Source: Welwitschia mirabilis
Taxonomy: Eukaryota
DNA length: 56,510 bases
Assembly (NCBI GenBank): GCA_051453625.1
Contig: JBOZIK010000001.1
Coordinates: forward strand, 4,157,867-4,214,376
Reading direction: 5' to 3'
The notes below the pieces were generated by a model that saw only the letters and a list, made by a program, of their open reading frames with translations, ran no database searches and was not told the DNA's origin. Of this stretch, positions 25,531 through 39,544 are shown one piece after another. Both the position numbers and the translations under genes were made by a program. The stretch's first letter is position 1. Each line of letters starts with the position of its first letter.

Positions 25531-26629
25531 TAAAATAGAGGTTTTTCAACTATAGAATTTTTCAAACCTTTATAAATACATAGGAACTAAAATCCAGATC
25601 TCATTTTGAAAAGTGAAATAATAACATTATAATAAGGATCACATGAAGTAAAAATTGATAAAGATGTTATCTTTTTAGAAATGTAGCTTTGAAACTAAAC
25701 AAAGCAAATCATGTGGACTACATAAAGATCATAAGAAAGTGAGGGAAGATTTAGAAAAAAACGAAGCATGCTTATGCTACTATATTCATGCCATTATGAT
25801 TTAGATGATAAAGGGGTTTCTTTCAGTGGAACGTATTGCCTACAATAGCTCATGTGTCAAATGAAAATGGTATAAGATGCTTTTGTGGTATTTCTCATGA
25901 GGAATGTATTTCCATCATGTTATCAATGTAAAGACATTAACACTAGCCACACCATCTTTCTCATAATTTCTAGCTTATGGTTAAGGTTTCTATTGGGTAA
26001 TTGTACATAAAATTGTCATGCGATATCTATATCATTACCTAACCTACTATGTTAAAGATACATGGATTTCCTATTTTTCTCTTATGGTGGATATAGTGAT
26101 GGGATGTCTAACTATTAGTGGAAATAATATATTCACTAGATGATTTTATTGTTTCATCAAATTAGTATATAATTTTCATTGTTATAACCTTTACCTCATT
26201 ATCTAGAGCTATAGAGGTAGCTAATCTCTATAATGAGGTATTATGATATAATTATGAAATGGCTAAACATATGCATGATATAGTTAGACTAGTAAATCTA
26301 GTATAATTCTACTACCTTAGCATAATAATAGTAGCCAATGTTAATCAAAAATATTTATCAACAAAGTGCTTTGATATGATAAACCCATGTCCTTCATGTA
26401 TAGTTGGAAATTAAATTGTAGAATTACCTTATGATTCTCTTCTATGATTAAAGGTTCTTCAAATAAGCTTGGTCAACATCCAACTAGTTTCATGGTACTT
26501 TCTGTATTATTTTCTATTTCAAAGACAAACTATAAGCTTAGGCTTGTAACATTAATAAAGAAAAATCAAATATGAACATGCCTTTTATCAAATATGAAAA
26601 TGCATTTTAAACTAAACATTTATAACATT

Positions 26630-29600
26630 AACTTAAAGCCCATCTCATAATCATTGCATTCAATCATAACATTCCTAAAGCCTTCAGAAGTGAATAAATT
26701 CGCCAAAAAAAATTTATGCCAAAAATATTTAGCCCATCAATTAAATCTTTGGCCAAAATTATAGATGAAAAGTTCTTCTCCATTCAAATTAGCTCTTGGA
26801 ATAATGCCAGTAGGTTTTATTAAGATAGAGCCAAAAACTTTTTAAAGGCCTACATCTTCCTGTAATATGATATAATTAAAAGGATACTTCACCATCTAAA
26901 CAACTTTTTAAAAAGAAAATCTATTGGAAGTACCATCCAAAAGGCCATTATAAGAATGCACATGAAATTTTTTGTTTTATAAATTATAAGAATGCACTAG
27001 ATATTTTTGAAAATAGCAATCCAAAAGTCCATTAGATTTTTTGTTGTTCCACATTTTATTATAGCAATCCTGTATAAGAGTTAGAGTATGAAGAAGTTTA
27101 AATGGGATATAAGCCTTATAAAATAAACAATGTAAAGTTTTTAAACTATTATATACCTTTAAAAAGCTACTTAAGCTTACTATTTAGAAATATTAACTAA
27201 ATAATAAATGCATGTAATCAGTTAAGCCAATGAAAGAACATTAGAAAGTTTCCATAGAAGTTTTTAAAAATATTCTATTAAATTCATTTGATTACTAATC
27301 TAATATAAGAAAGTAAAACACCACCGTTATGATGTTATTGCATAAATTACCTTCTATTATTGATAGAAGTTCAAAAAAATGACAGAGGTAATCATCAAAG
27401 AGCAATGATTTGAAGAAAGAATTGTGGTATGATTAGTTTCTTCTAATTAATGNNNNNNNNNNNNNNNNNNNNNNNNNNNNNNNNNNNNNNNNNNNNNNNN
27501 NNNNNNNNNNNNNNNNNNNNNNNNNNNNNNNNNNNNNNNNNNNNNNNNNNNNAAGCATTCTTTAAAATTACAATAGAAAAACTAGCTAGTATTTTTCAAT
27601 CTAAAAAATAGAAAATGCTCATCATCATTTTCTAAATAGTATAAGTTATTTTGTAATAATAAATAATATAATTTTAAAACATTTTAGAAAAGTATCAACA
27701 ATGTAAGTAGATCATTAATGCTTCTCAAGGATCTAAATCTGTCAAATACAAACGTGAAATATCCAAACAACTTTTTGTAAAAAAAGAATTAATTATTAAA
27801 TTCATGATTAATCATTAATATCAGTTTAAAAGAATTAAGAAATCATAATGAACTATTGTGAGATTCTAAATGAGATAATATTCATTTCAGCCTCAAGCAA
27901 TATAATAAAAGATCATCTTTTTGCTAATAGGATATTCTTCACTAAAATGGAAGATTACTTTAAAATGAATAATCTCTTAAAACTCTAATTACATAACCCT
28001 TACCATAGATCAATAGTTTTTGCCCTAATGTCTAGTTTCATTATATGAGAAAGAAAAGTGAAAAATTTAAATCTTTATTTCTAGTCAAGCATTGATAAAG
28101 TAAAAATTGTAATTAATTCATTTAAGCTTTAGGTTTCTTTGCATCATCTTTTGTATTATAAGATAGATTTAAAATGATTGTATAGAATATTTTACATATA
28201 TAAATCATACTTATACTAGAAGAATAATTTGCATATAATCATGTGATGGTCGATCTATATCATTAATGGCATAGTATTTCCTACTTAAATACTTCAAATC
28301 ATTTTTAATAAATGTTAATAAATGGATGTATTTGTAAATAAAAATTGTGCATCTATGGAAAAAAAGGTAAATATTCATATTGAACAATTATCCAAGACAT
28401 AAGTCTTGCATGGTATTAATATTTTATAAATTATTAATAAATAGTACATTATCACATAAAAAATTAAATAAATATAGTATATTTTCTTAACTAAGATGTA
28501 ATGCCATTAACCCCAACATTAGTAAGAGTTATTGTAAAACTTATCTTGTAAAATAACTCAGTGTTATAACTTATAATAACTTTCAATTTAACTTTGTAAG
28601 CATCATTGCCAAGTAGTGCATGATAAGACAATGATGTGGGATTATCCAAAAGTATTCTTCTAATAGCTATAGAATTGAATTAACCATTCTTTAGAATGCA
28701 TTCTTTATTCAATGATGATGATGCTACTTTTGATGATCCATCCATAATCTACATATGATTAACAAACATAATGACTAATATCAAAATTGAATGCTATCTG
28801 TGTTATTAAAAATAAAATGATATTTAGTTATCTCTTTAATATATTATGAAGGCTATGTAATAACATCTTTTTTTGACTCCTTCAATGTGGTTATATCATT
28901 TGCTTATACTATTAATTATGTTCTAGGATTTTCCACTACTTCATAGATACTGCAAGAAATCCTTCTTTTAAGATTTCATATTAAGCATAAATTTGGAATC
29001 CCTCCCTATAATTACTCCTTTTGCTATGACTTTATTATACATATCCAGCAACTGAGAAGATGATACAATGTTATTCTAGAAAAATAAGAAATACTTTAGT
29101 GATGTAATAAATAACTTAAACCATTACTTAAATAAGGTAATATATGCTTAAATCTTTTAATTATTAGTTTGCTTTGAATTGCTTGATCTGTTTAGAATAA
29201 AATTCATATTTAATTCCTCATTGCTAAGTTTACTTCTAGCTGATTCACCTTCATTGAACTTGAAAAGGATGAAATTTATAAATAAATTTATTTATTTTTA
29301 ATTCANNNNNNNNNNNNNNNNNNNNNNNNNNNNNNNNNNNNNNNNNNNNNNNNNNNNNNNNNNNNNNNNNNNNNNNNNNNNNNNNNNNNNNNNNNNNNNN
29401 NNNNNNNNNNNNNNNNNNNNNNNNNNNNNNNNNNNNNNNNNNNNNNNNNNNNNNNNNNNNNNNNNNNNNNNNNNNNNNNNNNNNNNNNNNNNNNNNNNNN
29501 NNNNNNNNTGTAACATATTCATAATTTTTGAAAATTTTCTTCCATACCTTGCTAATTTCTTTGAAGTTCCTTGTTTTTCTTTTTAAGTTTATTTAAATTA

Positions 29601-31320
29601 TGAATAACTTGAGATGAGATCACAAAAGATGTTTTCTTTGGAAAGAAACTTTTAATTATTATAGAGTTACTGATAGCATGAACTCTACCAAGATGTTCAA
29701 GATCTAGCACACATGAAATGTAATCATTTCTAGTAGTTGACATGCTACTTGGGTCCTTTTTAATTATTTTATTTACTTTATCCTATATTAAATGATACAG
29801 GAGTTATTTAGATAATGTATGTTTAGAGTATTATAAATTAATTAATTAATACTTACAATAATTTTAATAGCTTTTGGTGTAGCTGTCAATTAATCTAGCC
29901 TAATGTACACCTTTTTCCATACATTTACATGATCTATTATTGCTAATAGATTACCTATATTAACTCTCTATAATAATTAGTATTTGTAATATTAGAAACA
30001 ACATATTGGAAAAATATTAATTCTTATTCATTTAATGCTTTATTACCTTATAATCGTCTATTTGTTCCATAGATTTTTGTCCACTGATATGATGTAAAAC
30101 TTGTTGCCTCTTAAATCTTTTATTTCTTTGTCTTAATTCTTATTAACATATAGCAAAATTAAATGTTAAGAAGATGTTTACAATTCATTTATAATGCATT
30201 CTATATTAAAACTTTTAAAATGCATCATACATATTTGTCATTCATTTGAACCAAAGTATGACACCATATCTTACCATTGTTATGGTTGAAACCCTCGGGA
30301 ACATGTATAAGCCTATCTATGTCATTATCAAAAGCATAATAAAAGTTTCTTGTCTCTTCATTTTTTCTTTGACACCATCATCTACCCATATTTTTTGAAT
30401 ATGAAGTTCTTATTCACTTCATACAGATCAAATATTTGCTATATGTTTGACATGTGTTAAAATGGAATGTAATAATCACAAGTTACATGTATGTGGAATA
30501 CTTATTAAATAATAACATACCTTGACCATCTTCTAAAAATCAATTTTGAAATGCTCATGTAGTGCCCTCTAATTTTTATAATTTTTTGGTACAACGCTAT
30601 TATCCCTTACTATTTTCATCAAACAGGATGATAATTTTTCTCTGTTTGTACCAACTGTGTGGCTTTTCTTATTCCATCTTAACTGTATATCCTCATTAGG
30701 TTAAATTTTGTCTAGATCAAGGCATTTTTCTTTTCCTCTTTTTGTGGAATTGAAGCTAGCACCATCTTCTTCTATAATTTATAAAAAATCTAATTAATAA
30801 AAATTAAAAAAATTAATGGAGTGACTACTCTAAATATCTATCTATTATTACTTATACCAATATCAGAAATTCTGTATTCTTGCAATGGAGAATTATTAAC
30901 ATTCTCAATACTTAAAGAGAAAAAACTATTTATTAATGAATGATATTTTAACATAAAACTTAGTTTTGATACATGTACATGTAAAATATAGTAATAAAAC
31001 AATATGCTTATTGGTAAATCATGTAATGTTAAAAGTTTCCATGTTCCCTTATTCCTATTTTTCTTGTACTCATAAGAAGGCTCTTATCCCTTAACATTTG
31101 TAATACAGATGTTTATACTTAAAAGATACCTGAAAAAAAAGTAAATCTATGTTAATAAAGTTATATTAATTACTAAAATTTAATTAATTAAGACTATCAT
31201 GTACTCATTATTTAAAAAAATCAAGAACATGATGATGGTTTTTAAAATTTTTCCAATATAATTTGATTTAATATTATATTTGCAATTACAACTTATATTT
31301 TCATAACCCAATTCTGTAAA
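26630..31320 (-). pseudogene. CACTA TnpA-like (Ptta/Transposase_24 with Transposase_23-like C-terminus), multi-exon, degenerate
   Basis: Exon remnants: IQLRWNKKSHTVGTNREKLSSCLMKIVRDNSVVPKNYKN*R (~30530-30760); HVPEGF; SGQKSM (~30070); NDYISCVLDLEHLGRVHAI (29552-29743 ORF); last exon after TACAG| reads EDVGL*KVFGSILIKPTGIIPRAN…FN*WAKY (~26700-26859). Confidence 0.75.
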
Positions 31321-31559
31321 ATGTAAAAATGAATACTATGATGAATTAAAAAAAAATACCAACTTGCTTAACATACGTCTAGTAAAATGGAAATAAATAT
31401 AACTACACAGCACCCCTACTGTCCTCTTTTCTTTTAATAACATAGTCACATGTAGTATTCACCTCAATAAATATCATAACATAACATAGATATAAAAACT
31501 ATATTAATTTATTTAATACTCCAAGTATACATAAACATATATGCTCTTATAATATGCAT

Positions 31560-34500
31560 ACTATGAATAATCTGGAGCTTGTAAATTCAAAGCATCAACC
31601 ATGGTGCCATTTGAATTTGTTCAAGTCCACTTCATGTTTTTAACTTTAGCATCATTCTCATTATTAAGAAGGTAACTATGGTGTAAGAATGTTAAATTAT
31701 CTTTCTTATCCTCTTCCACTTTAAAAAGTTCTTTATTTTACTCTCATCATAAATATTTCTTAGAATAAATGATTCTACAATACTCCATGAAGGATCTTCA
31801 ATGTCCCTTACATGGAAAACTTGTGATGCCTAACTAGCTAATATGAATGGTTCATCTTGGTTATGAATCATCCCTGATGTATTTAATTTTGTTAACAATT
31901 ATGAAACCATACTCATTATTCTTGACGTTAGCTTATTGAAGAACATCAAACCATTCACATCTAAAGATTACAACATTAAATATGAAACTGCAATCTAATA
32001 AGACTATGTCTTTTAATATACCATAGTATTTTACATCATTACTTATAGGGTTGTTATTCTTTGTACTTGATACACATGGATATTTGCAATTATATAAATT
32101 ACGCTATTCTGACATGTTAACTCTGCAACTCTCTCCTTTACATGAAATCTATACCCATTAATCAGGTATCCCTTATAACTTTATGCATATATACTTGAAG
32201 GATGTGACAACCATTTTACTTATTTTTTGTTGTTCTTCATTAAGCATGTCTTTTTCTTTTAACTTGTAAGTCTGAAACATCAAAAAATTTATATGCATAC
32301 ATATTTCAAATATCATAATTCCATAACCATTAATAACTTTATATAGAATGTATTATACATTACATGTTCTTCAAACCAAGTAGTAAAGCGATCTCTATGC
32401 ATNNNNNNNNNNNNNNNNNNNNNNNNNNNNNNNNNNNNNNNNNNNNNNNNNNNNNNNNNNNNNNNNNNNNNNNNNNNNNNNNNNNNNNNNNNNNNNNNNN
32501 NNNNNNNNNNNNNNNNNNNNNNNNNNNNNNNNNNNNNNNNNNNNNNNNNNNNNNNNNNNNNNNNNNNNNNNNNNNNNNNNNNNNNNNNNNNNNNNNNNNN
32601 NNNNNNNNNNNNNNNNNNNNNNNNNNNNNNNNNNNNNNNNNNNNNNNNNNNNNNNNNNNNNNNNNNNNNNNNNNNNNNNNNNNNNNNNNNNNNNNNNNNN
32701 NNNNNNNNNNNNNNNNNNNNNNNNNNNNNNNNNNNNNNNNNNNNNNNNNNNNNNNNNNNNNNNNNNNNNNNNNNNNNNNNNNNNNNNNNNNNNNNNNNNN
32801 NNNNNNNNNNNNNNNNNNNNNNNNNNNNNNNNNNNNNNNNNNNNNNNNNNNNNNNNNNNNNNNNNNNNNNNNNNNNNNNNNNNNNNNNNNNNNNNNNNNN
32901 NNNNNNNNNNNNNNNNNNNNNNNNNNNNNNNNNNNNNNNNNNNNNNNNNNNNNNNNNNNNNNNNNNNNNNNNNNNNNNNNNNNNNNNNNNNNNNNNNNNN
33001 NNNNNNNNNNNNNNNNNNNNNNNNNNNNNNNNNNNNNNNNNNNNNNNNNNNNNNNNNNNNNNNNNNNNNNNNNNNNNNNNNNNNNNNNNNNNNNNNNNNN
33101 NNNNNNNNNNNNNNNNNNNNNNNNNNNNNNNNNTGATGGACACACCTTAGATGGAAGTAAGTTCTACAAAGCAATGAAAAGAATGAGTTGCAAAAGGACA
33201 TGATAGTCATGACTCTTAAGCCTAGAAAGTTTATGTTTCTTTGCAGGATACACTTATGAATATTTGATGCATGCTCATCTAGAATTTTCAACTCTAATAA
33301 CATATTGAGAAAAGATATCTTTTCTTGTACTAATATCACAAAACTAGTAGATGAAAGGAATGCCTTTTCACCATCACTCATCGTAATGGATGAAAGTTCA
33401 TCTCTGATATCTAGCTCTTTTAGATCAAGTCATGATTCAAGCTTGTCCTTTGATTTTCCTTTCATATTTAGGATAGTACTTAGCAAGCTATCACAAATAT
33501 TTTTTCAATATGCATAACATCCAAATTATATTGAATATCATATTCTTATGTATATCATAGAAATGAAAAATGTATTAAATGAAATCATAAGGAAAAAAAG
33601 AATTTATTATTAGACTATTTTATAAATTTTTGTTACCGTCCAATATGGGAAAATAAATAGTATTGATCTCTTTTTCCATTTTTTTCTATGCTTTTCCCCT
33701 AGAATGCACAAATTCACTTTCTTACATTTTATATGTGACCTTTTAAATTCACTAGGTGGAGTAACCTTTAACTAGATTTCTTGCTTTTCATGTTTTGGAT
33801 TTTTGTCTTCTTTTATTGATGTTTAGAAATGCACTTTTCCCAAGTAAAATTCATGTTTTCAAGCTAGAAAAGAGTCTCTTCACTACTTAATGATATGGGT
33901 TCTTCTTCTTCTTCTTCTACTTTATCATTGAAAGATCTCTTAATTCATCTATACCTATGATTCTTATCAAGGAATCTTCTATGCCCTTAGTAGTAATGTT
34001 TCCTACTAGGAGGCAAACATAAAGAATTGGTCTTATAAGCAGATATGGGACATTTTAATCTCCCCTTTATGCTCCATCCTAAAATGTCTCCATATGCTAG
34101 AAAATCATTTATCATCTAAAGTAGCACTGCTTTCATGGTAAAGAACTCCTTTTTTAGTGTATCAAATGTTTTTACTCCCCATACCATAGTAGTTTAAATT
34201 CTTTAATAAGATGTTGAAGGTATATACACTATCATTTCTTGGTTACTTAGGCCCAAGTATGAGTAAATAAAGTGTCATATATGACATTTTCATGTATAAC
34301 TAGGGTGGTAAGTTATAAATAATTGTCATAACTAGCCAACAACTATAAGAAGTGGAAAGCATCCCAAAGGGATTAAATTCATTTGTTGCAATACCAAGTC
34401 TTACATGTTTAGGTTTGAGCTTAAATTCATTGTATGATTCATCAAAATATTTTCATAAGATAGAATCTATTGGATGTCACGTTATGCCATGTTCTATCTA

Positions 34501-36035
34501 CCTTTTTGAAGGCCATATCATATGTTCTACTATTATGGATGATGCATAAAGCCTTTGTAGCCTTAGAATTAATGGAAATTATAATAATACTTTGGTAGAT
34601 AATCTTTTGTCTAGCTTACTATCTTTAAGATCTCNNNNNNNNNNNNNNNNNNNNNNNNNNNNNNNNNNNNNNNNNNNNNNNNNNNNNNNNNNNNNNNNNN
34701 NNNNNNNNNNNNNNNNNNNNNNNNNNNNNNNNNNTAGTTTATTAAATGTTTTTACTACCTTATACCATAATAGCTTCAACTCTTCAACAAGAGGTTAAAG
34801 GTACACATCAATATCTTTTCTTGGTTTCTCAGGCCCGAATATAAGTAAAGAAAGTATCACATATGACCTTTTCATGCATAGCCAGGGTGGTAAGTTATAG
34901 AGAACCATCATAACTAGCCAACAACTATAAGAAGTAGAAAGCATTCCAAAAGGATTAAATCCATCTTTGCAATACTAAGTCTTACATGTCTGGGTTCGAC
35001 CTTAAATTCATTGTATGATTCATCAATACTTTTCCATAAGATAGAATTTGCTAGATGTCACATTATGCCATAGTCTATTTTCCTTTTTGAATGTCATATC
35101 ATATGTTCCACTATTGTGGGTGATGCATAAAGCCTTTGTAGCCTTGAAATTAAGGGAAAGTATCGTAATACTTTGGCAGGTAGTCTTTTATCTACTTTAC
35201 TGTCCTTAGGACCTTCCTTTGATTTTCATCTAGATGAACCACACTAAGGACATTCATTTTTGTTCTCATGCTTCTTCGAATGTAACACACAGTCATTAGG
35301 GCATGCATGTGTTTTATCATATTTCATACCTAGTGAGTGAAGTGTCCTTTTCAATTGATCATAAGAAATTGAAATTATATTACCTTTTATAAAAGAGTCA
35401 TGTAATATATCAAGCAACATTTAAAATGTTAAATTTGACTATCCACCCATTGTTTTAATGGTAAGAAATTTGATAATCATAGAAATATTTGTGTGTTTTA
35501 CACAACTAGGATATAATGATTTCTTAACTACTTTAATTAACCTATTGTATTCTACATTTTTAAAATCACCATTTAAGTTATCAGAATTTGAGAAATCCAT
35601 GGTGTTTTTTTATTTATGTGATTGCTCCCCATCATTAAAGAACATAAAGATTTCTTTTACCCTAGAAATAGGATCCTCTTCTATTATATTTTTGTTACTA
35701 CATTTATCATAGTATTATTTTATGCTTTTCCATGCCTAATCCACTTTATGTATGAAAGATTCATGCCTTTTCATAAAAGATGATTAGAAACTACATTTAA
35801 TTATTAATAACAAGTGTTATAGCATTTTACATATGGACAAAGTATGCCTTAAGAACTGAAGGAATTGTTAAACACAAAATCTATGAACTTATTTACACCA
35901 TTCTCATACTTCTTACATGTCCTACACATATTAATATTACACAAATAAGTACGTAATATTTTTGAAGTTATAAGAATAACTTTAAATGTAATTGGAGATG
36001 TAATACCTATTCATAAACATCCAGCTCTTGTCCCT
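31560..36035 (-). pseudogene. CACTA TnpD transposase (Transpos_assoc, Transposase_21, DUF4218 region in gap, DUF4216), degenerate
   Basis: DKSWMFMNR|TCKKYENGVNKFIDF, HACPNDCV, PAKVLRYFPL, DGFNPFG…YNLPPWLCMK…GPEKPRKDIDVYL*PLVEELKLLW, NDFLAYG, GHRRFL, WKKRSI…PYW, LDVMHIEK, GLKSHDYHV-like, GYLINGYRFH, YYGILKDI, FRCEWFD, EPFILAS*ASQVF. Confidence 0.92.
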
Positions 36036-38452
36036 TGCATAAATGGATTTATTGAATGAAGACCATGGATATAATGATGCCATTAGATATATTCCTATAA
36101 TTGTCTCAACACAAGGTAAATTATCATAAAGGAACATCAACAACAGTAAGAATGCAAAATAAATATTATATAATCTAATACTAATACAATGTTAAAGTAC
36201 CCAACTGTGATAGTCTATTATATGAAATTTTTATCCAATTGAAAGACATATAATTATGGTTTCATTTTGTAGAAAAGTGTAACTATCAATTGCTAAAATG
36301 TAAGCAAATCAAAATGTCAGTAAATGCTAATAACAAAAGTAAAGAAGATTTTACAAGTGAATCAATTAGAAAGCTAATAAGACTAATGTATTAGAAGTCT
36401 ACATACCTATGGTCTTTTACAATTCTTTGGTATCTGTGAGTAACATGCATATGGAGATACTAATTTCAAATACTTGTTACCAATTAGATAATGACAAATT
36501 CATAACCTTCACAACTCATAAAAACATTGTTATATGTAATTGTTCTAGCTACATTTTAAAATTCAACCAAAAAGTTAAATAGACATTTAAAATGCCACGA
36601 TCTAATTGGAAGTCAATGCAAAAAGTTAAGCAGAGAAACATCTTATAAGCTTTCAAATTTTAGTACATGTCTTTTCACAATGGTCACACATGCTTAGAAA
36701 TTTGAAGATGTGCTAGTTAAAACTTTCATGTTTGAAGTTTCTAAGGTAAGAATAAAGAAATTAAAGTATTAGAAAATAGGAAAAATGAAGAGACAAATTT
36801 ACAATTAAAAATGACATATATGAAGTTTCTAAGGTAAGTACAATGAATGAACATTTTAATATATGATGAAATATGCTTTTGAAGAAATCTCTAATGAGGA
36901 GTGGGTAGAAACTATAGATAAATTGTCAAGAGTAATTAAGTAATCTTTGAATGAACAAAGTTTAGAAGGAAACCAATTTATATTTAAAATTTTCATGGCT
37001 ATAAGAGNNNNNNNNNNNNNNNNNNNNNNNNNNNNNNNNNNNNNNNNNNNNNNNNNNNNNNNNNNNNNNNNNNNNNNNNNNNNNNNNNNNNNNNNNNNNN
37101 NNNNNNNNNNNNNNNNNNNNNNNNNNNNNNNNNNNNNNNNNNNNNNNNNNNNNNNNNNNNNNNNNNNNNNNNNNNNNNNNNNNNNNNNNNNNNNNNNNNN
37201 NNNNNNNNNNNNNNNNNNNNNNNNNNNNNNNNNNNNNNNNNNNNNNNNNNNNNNNNNNNNNNNNNNNNNNNNNNNNNNNNNNNNNNNNNNNNNNNNNNNN
37301 NNNNNNNNNNNNNNNNNNNNNNNNNNNNNNNNNNNNNNNNNNNNNNNNNNNNNNNNNNNNNNNNNNNNNNNNNNNNNNNNNNNNNNNNNNNNNNNNNNNN
37401 NNNNNNNNNNNNNNNNNNNNNNNNNNNNNNNNNNNNNNNNNNNNNNNNNNNNNNNNNNNNNNNNNNNNNNNNNNNNNNNNNNNNNNNNNNNNNNNNNNNN
37501 NNNNNNNNNNNNNNNNNNNNNNNNNNNNNNNNNNNNNNNNNNNNNNNNNNNNNNNNNNNNNNNNNNNNNNNNNNNNNNNNNNNNNNNNNNNNNNNNNNNN
37601 NNNNNNNNNNNNNNNNNNNNNNNNNNNNNNNNNNNNNNNNNNNNNNNNNNNNNNNNNNNNNNNNNNNTCTCTAATGTGGAGTGTGTAGAAACTATAGATA
37701 AATGGTCAAGAGTAATTAAGTAATCTTTGAATGAACACAGTTTAGAAGGAAACCAATTTATATTAAAAATTTTCATGGCTATAAGAGGCTCCTATATAAA
37801 TTGATTTGGTGGCTTTTCTTTTTTGATCTTAGATAATAATGGATTATACTCTGTAATACACTAGAAAGTCATTTCATCTCATGCAATTTGATATATTCAT
37901 CTTTTATTGCATGACTACATTACTTTTTATTACTTTGATTATTATTGTCATCTTTATTGTGATATTTCCACTCTCTAATATATCATAAAGTCATTGTTTT
38001 CATTGTGATATTATTATTGCTATGTTTGCTTGGTTCATTTCTAGGGTTTCACATGATGGGGTTAATGTGCAAATGACTTAACTAGCATCAGGGCATTTTG
38101 TTTCTAGCAATTTCATGTATTTGATTCTTATGATTATTATTCTTTTTGATTTGAAGATCCAAGTGTTAGCTTTGAGGCTTTAACTCCAAATTTACATTTG
38201 ATTTAAAAGCGTCTGATTATGTTGAAAATAGAATACTATATCTCAAACCAAAAATTTCCTTCTAGTCCATCTTGCTCAACCTTAAGACCTTCACCTTCTT
38301 AAAGGTTTTAGTCTTCTTTTAAATTTATTATCATGTTTGTCTTTATTTAATTAAGAGAACTAGAATAAAAGAGGTCAATGAAATAACTTAAAGATTGTGA
38401 AAGTTAAGAAATAATAGTAAAGAGTCATGAAGAAAATCAAAGATCTCACTAG

Positions 38453-39155
38453 TGATAACATCGATCTTGGGATATATAGTTATGCCCAATAGTAATACTA
38501 GTGAAATAGAGAATGTATGACACATTGGATTCTAAAAATACCATTAATGTAGAATTAAAGAAAATAAATTTTAAAATTCTAGTAAAAGATTTTTTTAATA
38601 ACATTAAATCACTCATTCAAATTCAATCTAAATAATTATTTTTGTTCATAATTTCCTCTAGAAAATGGAATGTATATGAATTGACCAAAGAATAACTATC
38701 ATTTAAAAATAATCTAATAAAAACCCTTATTTCACTTTCTTCCATCTAAAAACCTATGTGATTATAGAGTTGTATTTGAAATAGGTGAGATGGCCTATAA
38801 GTTGTATTTATAGAGTAATAAAAAAAAGAAAATAGAAGGAGAAAATAAATTCAAAAGACAAAATTTCTTTCATTAAGACTAGCTTACATTCATCTTACAT
38901 CAATTAAAACATAGAAATGCTAGAAAAAGTGAAGTTTCAAAAGCATGCAAATAGATTTGCATAAAACAACTACAAATTTGCAAGAAAAGAGAATATCCTC
39001 ATTAAAAAAGGCAATAATGCAAATCCTAGTAAAATCATTAATATAGTAAATGCAAAAATCTCAGTAAAGCAAGTGTAATTGAGAAATAATAATGAGGAAT
39101 ATAGTAAAAATAGATTCATTCTAATTAGATTATATGATGAAAACTAAGAATATCA
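38453..39155 (-). repeat. Possible minus-strand Athila-type solo LTR in the CACTA 5' region
   Basis: TGATA…TATCA terminal inverted 5-mers, a minus-strand TATA (TATTTATAGA at ~38805) and a U5-like segment near 38470-38530. No matching TSD (ACTAG / ATGCA). Confidence 0.4.
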
Positions 39156-39429
39156 ATGCATTTACCTCTAAACTTATTAATGAAAGAATAAGTAACAGGC
39201 ATGTGTCTAGCATTTCAAGCATGAATGTAAAATGTATGAGTGAAAGGATAAGGATAAAGGCTAAAGGATGAAGGCTAAAGGATGAAGGCATGAATCAGTC
39301 ACCTGAACATGAAGTGTAATGTGTGAGTGCAAAGATGAAATGTGATGTGTGAGTGGCATTCAAATCATAAATGTAAAATGCGTGAGTGGATTTTTTCTTT
39401 ATCTTTTAAAGTTATTATTTAAGATGTTT

Positions 39430-39540
39430 ATTTTAATAAATGCCTTTAGATTTAAAATAAAGTATATAAGGCATTTGTTAAAATAAATTCCTTGGAAACT
39501 ATAGTTTGTAAGGCATTTGTTGTAATAAACGCCTTACAAA
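39430..39540. repeat. CACTA subterminal repeats (5' end of the transposon)
   Basis: AAATGCCTT, TAAGGCATTT (x2) and AAACGCCTTA, the same motif as at 14376-14709. Confidence 0.7.
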
Positions 39541-39544
39541 GAAT

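Noticed and set aside
39517..39527. TTGTTGTAATA as a decayed right-hand TIR (TTGTTGTAGTG)
   Set aside because: It sits between an inverted pair of subterminal motifs, like the similar spacer at ~39477-39488, and another motif follows it. It is more likely spacer than terminus.
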